This document shows positions 17,079-27,192 of a DNA stretch of 64,000 nucleotides, piece by piece (positions within the stretch are counted from its first letter, which is position 1; each line of letters begins with the position of its first letter). This DNA comes from a virus: IMG/VR virus record IMGVR_UViG_3300032242_001235, positions 1-64,000 of that record; one strand, given 5' to 3'. The notes under the pieces are model-generated. The model was not told the DNA's origin. It saw nothing but the letters and a program-made list of their open reading frames with translations, and made no database searches. The position numbers were made by a program, and so were the translations under genes.

Positions 17079-19896
17079 TATCGAAATTATAAGAGACTTT
17101 TTGGTCAAAAATGGCCTAATTGTCAGTACAACCGCTACCGTACAATCAACTCAAGCGTCAATCAGTACATTGACTGGTGCATTAATTGTCACTGGTGGTG
17201 CAGGTATTGGTGGCGGCATAAACGCAGGCGGCACAATTGCTGGTGCAAACTTTTCCACTCCTGGCGCAATTAGCGGCGGTTCATTAAACATTGTAAACAA
17301 CGCAGTTATTACTGGTACATTAACTGCAACTTCTATCGTAGTATCAGGTACAACAGCGGCAACTTCTACCAATTCTGGTGCCCTACAGATTGTTGGCGGT
17401 GTTGGTATTGGCGGGGCATTATACATTGGACAGACTAGCTTTGTTGCTGGTTCACAAATTCTCACAACATCTACAATTGGTTCTTATGTAGCCAGCAGCA
17501 CTGGTACTACTAGCACATTTGTAATTCAAAATACTACACAAGCCACAAGTACTACAACTGGTGCGCTGCGAGTTTATGGTGGTGTTGGCATTGGCGGCGA
17601 TGTTTATAGCGGCGGAAACTATTACCTTGGTAGTAATACTCGTGCAGTACCAACAATTTATTATAGTAATTCAACAGCATCACAGTATTCGGCACTGTTG
17701 GTACAACGAGCGGGTGTTGAACTTTGGTTGGCTGGTGCGAATCCTAGTGAAAACTATGTGATCAGAAATAATGCATCACTGGATGCAGTTGTTGTGGCCA
17801 ATACTACAGGCAATGTGTCGTTAAATTCAACTGTAGCAAGCTCAAATACAACAACAGGAGCATTGGTAGTTAAAGGCGGTGTGGGCATTGGCGGATCTGT
17901 ATATATTGGAACAAGTTCTTATATTGCAGGTTCCCTAATTGTAACAACTTCTACACTTGGTAGTTATTTGACTACTTTCACTGCTGGAACTGATACTGCA
18001 ATAGCAACTGTTGGTAATAACATAACAATTTGGAATACCAGCACACTACAAAGTATTACCAATCGTGGTGCTACAACTAATAATGCCATTAGAATTGATA
18101 ACACACTTACTAGTACATCATCATTCTCTAGTAATGCATTGTATGTAGCAGGTGGTATTGGCGGTAACAGCGGATTCAATATTAATGGTGACGGTTATCT
18201 TCGTGGTAATTTGAATGTTACTGGATATATCACTGGCACTAACATCACATTAAATGTGTTGTCAGCTAACAGCGCAACATTCTATGGTGATGCAACAGGT
18301 AACGGTGCTTTGTATGCAGGTGTTCTTGGATTTACCCCGTTCCCGCAGACTATGGCACAGTTCTCAGGTAATAACAATACCTACATGGAAGTTAATGTCC
18401 AGAACATTAATGCAGGTGCCAAGGCCAGTACAGACATTGTAGCATCGGCAGATAATGTCACTAACAGTAATGGCTTCATTGACATGGGTATTACTGGCAG
18501 TGGCTGGGATGGAACACAACCTGATAGTTTTGCAAACAACTTAGGCCCCAATGATGGTTACTTACTAGTTGGAGCAAATACTACGCCTGGGTTAGGTGAT
18601 TTGGCAATTGGTACACTGGGATCAGGTACACAAATTAGAATTGTTGTAGCAGGTACTAATTCAAACTATCTATCTGCAATTTTTAATCCTAGAAATACAA
18701 CCGCAACATCCACAGCATCTGGTACATTGATTGTTTATGGTGGCGCTGGATTTGGCGGTTCAGTATACATGGGACAAACCAGTTATGTTGCTGGTGCTCA
18801 AATTATTACAACTGCCACAATTGGCAATTATGCATCAGCAGGCGGTGCCAGCTCCACTGGTACTACTAGTACATTTGTTATTAATAATGCAACACAGGCA
18901 TCGAGTACTATCACTGGTGCTTTACAAGTTGTTCAAGGTGGTGCTGGCATTGGTGGTAACGTCTATGTTGGTGGTACAGTTAATGCAACAGCCGTTGTAA
19001 TTCCTGGAGCCTCAGTAGATTCTACAGGTACTACTACTGGTGCGTTAACTATTACTGGCGGCGTTGGTATTGGCGGCGCATTGTATGTTGGTAGAACAAG
19101 TTATATTGCCGGTGCACAGATTATTACAACTGCTACAATTGGTGCTTATGCATCTGTTGCAGTTGGTGCAAGTACTGGATCTACAAGTACATTTGTAATA
19201 ACAAGTAATGCACAAACAAACAGCACTAACAGTGGTGCATTACAGGTAGTTGGTGGCGTTGGTATTGGTGGCGGATTATTTGTAGGCGGCACTACTACAG
19301 TTACAAATGAAATTGTAGTTGGTACTGCACCGACAAACAGCACTAACTCTGGAGCTTTACAAGTTATTGGTGGGGTTGGCATTAACGGCGGATTGTATGT
19401 TGGTGGTACTACTACAGTTACAAATGAAATTGTAGTTGGTACAGCTAGTTCAACAAGTACCAATACTGGTGCGTTACAAGTTTATGGTGGCGTTGGTGTC
19501 GGTGGAAACATTAATGCAGGTGGTGCAATAAACGCAGGAACAGGATTCCTATCCATTGGAACATATACTTCAGCGTACTCATCTGGTATTGTTGTTGACT
19601 ACGCAACTGGTAACGGAAGGATCAGTGTTGGTCCCGCAGCTAACTTATCATTCTACACAGGCGGAATAGCAACAACATCAACATTGGTGTTAAGTTCAAC
19701 TGGTACAGTATCAGTACCAAGTGCATTAACTGCGACAAATACTACAACTGGTGCATTAAAAGTAGTAGGTGGTGTTGGTGTTGGGGACAGTATCTATGTT
19801 GGTAATAGGGTAGGATTTGTTAATACAAGCAACGTCAGTGTAGTCTATCAATTCTACAATGCTGCAACAGGCAGTTTAGACACGGTGTTTGGCTAA
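17074..19896 (+). CDS. Long Gly/Thr-rich fibre protein
   Basis: About 12 fibre modules; N-terminal DFLVKNGL resembles 13967 DFVISNGL; internal duplication with a 117-bp period (35-nt exact match at 19291 and 19408). Confidence 0.78.
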   Translation: MAIEIIRDFLVKNGLIVSTTATVQSTQASISTLTGALIVTGGAGIGGGINAGGTIAGANFSTPGAISGGSLNIVNNAVITGTLTATSIVVSGTTAATSTNSGALQIVGGVGIGGALYIGQTSFVAGSQILTTSTIGSYVASSTGTTSTFVIQNTTQATSTTTGALRVYGGVGIGGDVYSGGNYYLGSNTRAVPTIYYSNSTASQYSALLVQRAGVELWLAGANPSENYVIRNNASLDAVVVANTTGNVSLNSTVASSNTTTGALVVKGGVGIGGSVYIGTSSYIAGSLIVTTSTLGSYLTTFTAGTDTAIATVGNNITIWNTSTLQSITNRGATTNNAIRIDNTLTSTSSFSSNALYVAGGIGGNSGFNINGDGYLRGNLNVTGYITGTNITLNVLSANSATFYGDATGNGALYAGVLGFTPFPQTMAQFSGNNNTYMEVNVQNINAGAKASTDIVASADNVTNSNGFIDMGITGSGWDGTQPDSFANNLGPNDGYLLVGANTTPGLGDLAIGTLGSGTQIRIVVAGTNSNYLSAIFNPRNTTATSTASGTLIVYGGAGFGGSVYMGQTSYVAGAQIITTATIGNYASAGGASSTGTTSTFVINNATQASSTITGALQVVQGGAGIGGNVYVGGTVNATAVVIPGASVDSTGTTTGALTITGGVGIGGALYVGRTSYIAGAQIITTATIGAYASVAVGASTGSTSTFVITSNAQTNSTNSGALQVVGGVGIGGGLFVGGTTTVTNEIVVGTAPTNSTNSGALQVIGGVGINGGLYVGGTTTVTNEIVVGTASSTSTNTGALQVYGGVGVGGNINAGGAINAGTGFLSIGTYTSAYSSGIVVDYATGNGRISVGPAANLSFYTGGIATTSTLVLSSTGTVSVPSALTATNTTTGALKVVGGVGVGDSIYVGNRVGFVNTSNVSVVYQFYNAATGSLDTVFG

Positions 19897-19897
19897 A

Positions 19898-22800
19898 ATG
19901 GCAACAACAATAACTAAACTGTTTCCTACAGGTGTACTACAATCAACTGTAGTGCTTGACGAAATTACCTATAGTTCCATTAAAATAAATCTTAATGGAA
20001 TCTATGCTGCACAGTTTGACGAAGTTAGTCTAGCTGCTGGCACTGCTGAACGCAAAACTAGTACTGGTACATATCTAGTTAGTGGATATTTTGATGAATA
20101 CACTCTAGTACCTATCATTACAATACCATATGATCCATATATAAAGTTTGTAGTATTATTGTTGCAAGGCGATGTGCCAGTAACACCGTCAGTATCTGAT
20201 GCTTCAACAAATACTTTTGTTATGTCAATTGCAGGCGATGTGAAACCTAATAACTTTAACCCTTATCAGAATGGATATTACAGTAATTACTTTAACGGTA
20301 GTAATTATATTGCATTGGGCACAGCAGCTAGTACAGCAGTAAATGCATTGTCCTCAAAGCCATTAGTTACTATGGAGTTTTGGGTTAATACTCAAGCCAT
20401 TCAGGCCGTAACTGCCTACATTACTACAATATTTGGTCAATTACCCGCAGCAGCACAAAATAGTAGGTATTTAATTGAGTTAGTTGGATCAAGTACTACT
20501 AGTCCTCAAACTGTGAGTTTTACATGGACTACGGGTACTGGCAGTACTGATGCTGTAGTAACAACTGGAACCATAATTCAAAAAACTTGGAATCATATTG
20601 CAATTACATTGGATATGACAACACCATCATCCACTACTATTAAGATCTATATTAATGGTGTAGGTGAAACATTTACAGGAAAAAATCTATCTACACATTC
20701 GGCTGATAACGGAAATGCCACTTATCTTGGGGCCGGCAACGGAGGTAACCAAGGCTTAACTGGATATATATCTAACTTTAGATTTAGTAAAGCACTGATG
20801 TATACTGCCAACTTTACACCAAGCACTACTCCACTAACAGCCAATACAACTACCGTATTGTTAACATGCCAGTCGCCTAACTTTGTAGATGCCAGTCTAA
20901 ATGTATATACAATAACTCCAACTAGTGGCCCAACTATACAGTCATATGTTCCATTTGTAACACCATCTGCGGTAAATATACCTACTCTATACAGTACACG
21001 GTTTCCTGGAACAACAAATTCTTTGACCACACCAACTAGTACTGCATTTAATATAGGTGCAGGTGATTTTACTATTGAAGGATGGTGGAATTTTTCTGTA
21101 TTGCCTTCTGGTGGTGTGAATTGCAACTTGTTTGGATTCTACGGCGGAACAAACTATAATCCATACTTGTATATTTGGGGAGACGGCACATATATGTTGC
21201 GTGCCGCTCAAGTTTCAGGAGACATTGCAACTGGTGCCCACGGTATGGTTGCTGGTACATGGTATCACATAGCAGTTACTCGTAGTGGAAATACCTATAC
21301 AATATATAAAAACGGTGCTGTCCTAGGAACAGGCACTAGTGCTTCAATTGTAAATGAAAACAAATACATAATTTTTGGAGATGGCGGATCTTATCTTAAT
21401 GGCTTGATGTCTAACTTACGAGTTGTAAAAGGCCTAGCAGTCTATACAGGTGCTTTTACTCCGCCGACGAGTCCGCTGACATTGACACAACCGTCTGGAA
21501 CAAACATAGCAGCAATTACTAATCAAACTTCACTATTAATTGCTCAAACATCAAATATTGTCGATGCCAGTACAAACAACTTTGCAATAACAGTGACTGG
21601 TGCAGTTCAGCCAGTTGCAGTGACACCATTCACACAAACTTATTCAAGCCAAGCAGTAACAACATTAGGTTCATCATACTTTGATGGAACTGGTGATTAT
21701 TTGACTGTGCCAAGTAGTTCTGCGTTTGCGTTTGGTACTGGTGATTTTACTATTGAAGGATGGTTTAATTTTACTGGAACAATCTCAACATATCAAAGAC
21801 CATGGTGGTTTGGAGACGATAATGAGAACCTTGAGATTAATTCTAGTGTAATTAGATTTGGAGGCGCATCGTTAACAGTTATTACCGGCCCAACTGCGGT
21901 TGCCAACACATGGTATCATATTGCATATTCTAGACAAAGTGGAAGTGGCCGATTATTTGTAAATGGAGTTCAGGCAGGATCAACAACTTCTAATACCTAT
22001 AATTCTTCTGCAAGGACTTTTACATTAATGGCAACATCTGGCGGTGTTAATCCATCTACTGGGTATGTTGCTGATGTTCGTATTATAAAAGGCACCGCAT
22101 TATACACCGCAAACTTTGCACCGCCTACTGCACCACTAACAGCAGTTACTAATACTCAACTATTGACATTGCAATATAACGGCGCATCAAATAATAATGG
22201 ATTCGTTGATAGCAGCGCAAATAATTTTATTCTTACCCGTGTAGGAACTCCCACACAAGGTTCTTTTGCACCGTTTGGCAACAATTGGAGTACTTATTTC
22301 AACGGTACTAGTGGTTTCCAAACACCTGCAAGTTCATTAACTAGCATTATAGGAAATAGTACATTAATCACATCTACATTTACTATAGAAGCCTGGATAT
22401 ATCATACTGTTAGATCAGGTTCAACTGACGGTGCATTAGTAGGAGATATGATGCCAGCAGGCGGGACTAATAACTGGTCATGGGGCCCGCGTAATGATGG
22501 AAAACTAAACTTTAATTGGTATACAGGCGCAACCAATAATTGTACAGGCAGTTCAACAATACCATTGAACACTTGGACTCATATTGCATTAGTGATTATT
22601 ACAACATCAATTAAAATGTTTGTTAATGGAAGTCTTGAAACTTTATCAGGAACTACCACTTTAACTGCACCTAGTTCAAACTTGGGATATTTAGGCGTAG
22701 GCATGTGGAATAGTGGTGCTAGTGGAAATACAAACTTTACTGGATATGTAAGTAATATGCTTATTACAAAATCTGCACTATACTCTACATCATTTACTCC

Positions 22801-24739
22801 AAACACAACTCCTCTAACTGCTACTACTAATACAGGATTATTGGTTTGCCAAAGTCCGTCGTTAATTGATAATAGTCCGTATGCTTTTGCCCCAACAATT
22901 TCAGGGACACCGCAAGTCTATCGATTCAGCCCGTTCAGTAGTTATTCTATAACACCAACGAGCTATGCAACAAAGTTTAATGGCGGCACTAATCAATTAA
23001 GTATACCGTATAATTCCGCGTTAAGTGTTTCTGGCACTTCTTGGACAATTGAAGCATTTATATATGTTACGGCCACAACTGCTGCATATACACAATGGAT
23101 AATTGGAAACAGAAATCAGGCCAGTGGCTATAACTTTTCATGGGCATTTGGTTTAAATGGAACTACTCCATATCTAAATTTTATTGATTCTGGCGGCACT
23201 AATTACATTTCATCAACAACTGCATGTCCATTAAATCAATGGGTCCATGTAGCAGCTACATACAATGGAACTAGCCTTTCAATGTATCAAAACGGATCAA
23301 GAGTATATGGCCCAACTGCTATGTCGTTTACGGATTATACTTACCCATTGACAATTGGTAATTATCCTGTAGATACTCCATATTTTCAAGGGTATATTAG
23401 TAATTTAAGAATGGTTAAAGGTAGTCCAATATATACCGGCACTACATATACAGTACCAACTTCCGTATTAACTGCTGTTGCAGGCACAAGTTTATTGACT
23501 TGCCAAGATTCTACATTTAAAGATAACAGTACTAGTACATTTGCTATAACTTCTGTTAGCACGCCCGCACCAAAACAATTTAACCCGTTTGGATTCAGTA
23601 CAAGTAATACCCAAACTTATAGTACATCGGTATTGGGTGGAAGTATGTACTTTAACGGTAGCACTGATTCAGTTAACCCACCAACAACTACAAATGTGAA
23701 TCCTGGTTCAGGAAACTTTACAATTGAATTGTGGGCATACCATACCAATGCTGGTGCATATGCAGGATACTATTGGGGTGGAAATGCAGGGTTAGTAATT
23801 AGACGGACTTCATCTAATACATTAGAACTTTCGCATGATGGTGTTACTAGTATTGTTGTATCAACAGTTACTATTACAGCAAATCAATGGGTACATATTG
23901 CTGCAACAAGAAGTGGAACAGCCGTACAAATATTCATTAATGGGGTAAGTGTTGGATCTACTACTTATGCAACTGCAATTAATGGCACTACTAGTCCAAC
24001 TATAGGTTCAATATCTACAGTAGGGGGTTATTATATGGCTGGATATATATCCAATTTTAGATTAATCATTGGCACAGCCTTGTATACATCCAACTTTTTA
24101 CCGCCAACTACTCCAGTAACTGCTATAACAAATACACAATTGTTAGTTAACGGAACAAATTCTGGTATATATGATGGCAGTACAAATTCAACAATTCAAA
24201 CTGTTGGAAATACAATGGTCAGTAATTCACAAGTAAAATACGGCAACGGATCAATGTACTTTGATGGTAGCACAGGTTATTTGACTTCACTAACAAGTCC
24301 TGCATTTACATTTGGTACCGGCGATTTTACTATTGAATGTTGGATATATACAACTACAGTATCACCGGCTCAACAAGGCATAATTGATTTTAGAACAAGT
24401 AACAACGGAAAACTTGCACTAATTTTGTTAACATCTACCCTATATTTTCAATTAACTACAGGAAATATTACTACGGCCGCAAGTACTATTACAATCAACA
24501 CTTGGACGCATATTGCTGTTGTAAAATTAGGAACAACTGTAACAGTTTATGTAAACGGTGTATCTAAAGGGTCTGCTACTGATACAGGAAGTTATGCAGC
24601 AGCAGATAGAGTAACTGTTGGAAATACTCAAGATAATTATTATTTTAATGGTTACATTGATGACCTCCGTATAACCAAAGGTTATGCAAGATATACTACA
24701 GCATTTACCCCACCAACGGCACTGTTGCCTGCACAATGA
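19898..24739 (+). CDS. Poly-LamG/concanavalin A-like lectin domain virion protein (about 7 domains)
   Basis: Repeated S.YF.G..DYL...DFTIE.W...W.HIA..R....Y.NG...GYISN.R..KG; ATG 1 nt after the upstream TAA (the track start at 19889 is probably too early). Confidence 0.85.
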   Translation: MATTITKLFPTGVLQSTVVLDEITYSSIKINLNGIYAAQFDEVSLAAGTAERKTSTGTYLVSGYFDEYTLVPIITIPYDPYIKFVVLLLQGDVPVTPSVSDASTNTFVMSIAGDVKPNNFNPYQNGYYSNYFNGSNYIALGTAASTAVNALSSKPLVTMEFWVNTQAIQAVTAYITTIFGQLPAAAQNSRYLIELVGSSTTSPQTVSFTWTTGTGSTDAVVTTGTIIQKTWNHIAITLDMTTPSSTTIKIYINGVGETFTGKNLSTHSADNGNATYLGAGNGGNQGLTGYISNFRFSKALMYTANFTPSTTPLTANTTTVLLTCQSPNFVDASLNVYTITPTSGPTIQSYVPFVTPSAVNIPTLYSTRFPGTTNSLTTPTSTAFNIGAGDFTIEGWWNFSVLPSGGVNCNLFGFYGGTNYNPYLYIWGDGTYMLRAAQVSGDIATGAHGMVAGTWYHIAVTRSGNTYTIYKNGAVLGTGTSASIVNENKYIIFGDGGSYLNGLMSNLRVVKGLAVYTGAFTPPTSPLTLTQPSGTNIAAITNQTSLLIAQTSNIVDASTNNFAITVTGAVQPVAVTPFTQTYSSQAVTTLGSSYFDGTGDYLTVPSSSAFAFGTGDFTIEGWFNFTGTISTYQRPWWFGDDNENLEINSSVIRFGGASLTVITGPTAVANTWYHIAYSRQSGSGRLFVNGVQAGSTTSNTYNSSARTFTLMATSGGVNPSTGYVADVRIIKGTALYTANFAPPTAPLTAVTNTQLLTLQYNGASNNNGFVDSSANNFILTRVGTPTQGSFAPFGNNWSTYFNGTSGFQTPASSLTSIIGNSTLITSTFTIEAWIYHTVRSGSTDGALVGDMMPAGGTNNWSWGPRNDGKLNFNWYTGATNNCTGSSTIPLNTWTHIALVIITTSIKMFVNGSLETLSGTTTLTAPSSNLGYLGVGMWNSGASGNTNFTGYVSNMLITKSALYSTSFTPNTTPLTATTNTGLLVCQSPSLIDNSPYAFAPTISGTPQVYRFSPFSSYSITPTSYATKFNGGTNQLSIPYNSALSVSGTSWTIEAFIYVTATTAAYTQWIIGNRNQASGYNFSWAFGLNGTTPYLNFIDSGGTNYISSTTACPLNQWVHVAATYNGTSLSMYQNGSRVYGPTAMSFTDYTYPLTIGNYPVDTPYFQGYISNLRMVKGSPIYTGTTYTVPTSVLTAVAGTSLLTCQDSTFKDNSTSTFAITSVSTPAPKQFNPFGFSTSNTQTYSTSVLGGSMYFNGSTDSVNPPTTTNVNPGSGNFTIELWAYHTNAGAYAGYYWGGNAGLVIRRTSSNTLELSHDGVTSIVVSTVTITANQWVHIAATRSGTAVQIFINGVSVGSTTYATAINGTTSPTIGSISTVGGYYMAGYISNFRLIIGTALYTSNFLPPTTPVTAITNTQLLVNGTNSGIYDGSTNSTIQTVGNTMVSNSQVKYGNGSMYFDGSTGYLTSLTSPAFTFGTGDFTIECWIYTTTVSPAQQGIIDFRTSNNGKLALILLTSTLYFQLTTGNITTAASTITINTWTHIAVVKLGTTVTVYVNGVSKGSATDTGSYAAADRVTVGNTQDNYYFNGYIDDLRITKGYARYTTAFTPPTALLPAQ

Positions 24740-24805
24740 TGAAAGATGAATGTAAATTTTGTGTCCACGATGACACCGTTTTAAAAACTGAATAAATAGA
24801 ATACT

Positions 24806-27166
24806 ATGGCTAAACTCTTATCTGGAACAAGAATATACGGTACCGCAACCGTTGACACTCAACTATTCGTTAGCGGAACCAATGCGGCATCATCGACTAA
24901 TACCGGTGCATTACAGGTAGTAGGTGGCGTTGGTGTTGGCGGAAACTTATATGTTGGTGGAACAATAAGTGGAACATTTGGCGGCTCAATTGCAAACGCA
25001 ACTAATGCCAGTAATGTGCTTACTGGTGCATTGGTATCCACTGCAACATTCTACCCAGTATTTGTAAGCGCAAACAATACGACTGCCACTTACATGGCAG
25101 AATATACTACCAGTTCGTTTAGCATTATTCCGGCAACTGGCCAAGTAACAATGGGCGGCGCATTGAGTGTTGGTGGCGTGGCAACATTCAACGGACCTGT
25201 GGTATTCAACGGTACAACAACCAGCGTATTAAGTAGCAATACTTATTACACAGATAACTTAATCGAATTGCATGTACCACCAGGTGGCGTTAATGCCCTA
25301 TGGCCTAGTGATGATGGTAAAGATGTTGGATTTAGATTCCACTACTATAACAGATCTCTAAGTACTGACTCCAATGCTGCATTGGTATTGGCTAGTGATA
25401 CACAGAATTTAGAATGGTACAACACTGGTGCTGAAGTTTCTACTGGAACATTTAGTAGCGCAACATACGGAACATTTAGAACTGGTAACATTATACTTGT
25501 TGGTACATCTGCTACGATATCAACTCAAACTGGAGCATTGCAAGTTTACGGTGGCGTTGGTGTAGGTGGTAACTTATATCAAGGCGGTATTCATGTAATA
25601 CAAAATACTACACTTGCAAACGCAACCAATACTGGTGCATTGCAAGTTTTCGGCGGTGCTGGTATTGGCGGCGCACTGTATATTGGTAGTACATTATCAG
25701 TTGCTGGCGCAGCATCTATTATAAACACTACGGCTGCAAACACTACTAACAGTGGTGCATTACAGGTAGTCGGCGGTGTTGGCGTAGGCGGTAACTTAGT
25801 AGTTGGTGGCGTTAGTACAATTACAAACACAACCGCAGCATTGTCAACAACAACTGGCGCATTACAAGTTTATGGCGGTGTTGGCGTAGGCGGCAACTTA
25901 TATGTTGCTGGTATTACTACAATTACAAATACAATAAATGCAACTTCAACATCTACCGGTGCATTAACTATTGCTGGTGGTTTGGCTGTAGCAAAAGACA
26001 TTTACTTTGGCGGTAACTTATATCAAAATGGTTCGTTGTTTACTGGTGGCGGCGGCGGTGGTACTGCATCTGGAACAGGTACTACAACTACATTTGTAAT
26101 ATCCAACATTACTCCTACTACATCTACTAACACAGGTGCGTTAGTGGTTGCTGGTGGTATTGGTGTTGGTGGAGGCATTTTTGCTGGCGGTACTGTTACT
26201 GCTACAAACTTTGCAGGTAGTGGAGCGAACGGTGTATTATCTGGATTATACTTATTAAGTACCTATAACATATTGGCCACTGGTACAACTACCGCAACTA
26301 ACCTTGTTGTGAGTGGTACAGCCACAGCAAGTTCAACTAACACTGGCGCATTGACAGTAGCAGGTGGATTGGGAGTTGGCGGTAACATTTACTTTGGCGG
26401 CAACTTATATCAAAACGGTGTATTGTTTACTGGCTCTGGCGGTTCCTCTACTAGTGCTAGCACTGGTACAACCAGTACATTTGTAATTTCCAACACTACT
26501 GTATCAACAGGCACTAACACTGGTGCTTTACAAGTTTATGGTGGTGCTGGTATTGGTGGTGCATTATATGTTGGTGGTGGGATATACACTGGTGGTCAAC
26601 AGATATTGCCCACAACATTACAGACATTTACAGCAATTGCTGGACAAACTGCATTTACTATTTCTGGTGGATACTCGGTTGGACAGATACAGGTATTTGT
26701 CAACGGTATTTTGTTTAGTAGCAGCGATTATACTGCATCAAACGGTACCAGTGTTGTATTGAATATTCCTCGAAATGTTGGTGATACTGTGCAAGTTGTG
26801 GCAAACGCAACGACTACTGTAAGTATGCAGCAGGCTTATATTTTCAACCAATATACGGCTGGTGGAACTACAAGTACAATTTCTACAAACTACAATACTG
26901 CTACTGTACAAGTATTCCAAAACGGTGTATTACAGTACCCAACAACATATACTGCATCGAATGGTACAAGTATTACATTTGCAGCAATTCCAAGTACTGG
27001 TACTGTAATTGGTGTTGTCAGCTTTAATTCAGTCAGCATCAGTAATGCGATAAGTAGTAGTGGTGGAACAATTAACGGAACATTGAATGTTGTGGGTAGC
27101 TTACAACAAAACGGCGTAGATGTTGGCACTCAAATGATGGCAATGTCAATTGCTATGGGCGTATAA
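24806..27166 (+). CDS. Gly/Thr-rich fibre protein
   Basis: TAAATA at 24793-24798; about 9 fibre modules; DDGKD domain; two VF.NG...YTASNG repeats; C-terminal AMSIAMGV. Confidence 0.78.
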   Translation: MAKLLSGTRIYGTATVDTQLFVSGTNAASSTNTGALQVVGGVGVGGNLYVGGTISGTFGGSIANATNASNVLTGALVSTATFYPVFVSANNTTATYMAEYTTSSFSIIPATGQVTMGGALSVGGVATFNGPVVFNGTTTSVLSSNTYYTDNLIELHVPPGGVNALWPSDDGKDVGFRFHYYNRSLSTDSNAALVLASDTQNLEWYNTGAEVSTGTFSSATYGTFRTGNIILVGTSATISTQTGALQVYGGVGVGGNLYQGGIHVIQNTTLANATNTGALQVFGGAGIGGALYIGSTLSVAGAASIINTTAANTTNSGALQVVGGVGVGGNLVVGGVSTITNTTAALSTTTGALQVYGGVGVGGNLYVAGITTITNTINATSTSTGALTIAGGLAVAKDIYFGGNLYQNGSLFTGGGGGGTASGTGTTTTFVISNITPTTSTNTGALVVAGGIGVGGGIFAGGTVTATNFAGSGANGVLSGLYLLSTYNILATGTTTATNLVVSGTATASSTNTGALTVAGGLGVGGNIYFGGNLYQNGVLFTGSGGSSTSASTGTTSTFVISNTTVSTGTNTGALQVYGGAGIGGALYVGGGIYTGGQQILPTTLQTFTAIAGQTAFTISGGYSVGQIQVFVNGILFSSSDYTASNGTSVVLNIPRNVGDTVQVVANATTTVSMQQAYIFNQYTAGGTTSTISTNYNTATVQVFQNGVLQYPTTYTASNGTSITFAAIPSTGTVIGVVSFNSVSISNAISSSGGTINGTLNVVGSLQQNGVDVGTQMMAMSIAMGV

Positions 27167-27192
27167 AGAAAGATTCAAAGGATAAGATTACA

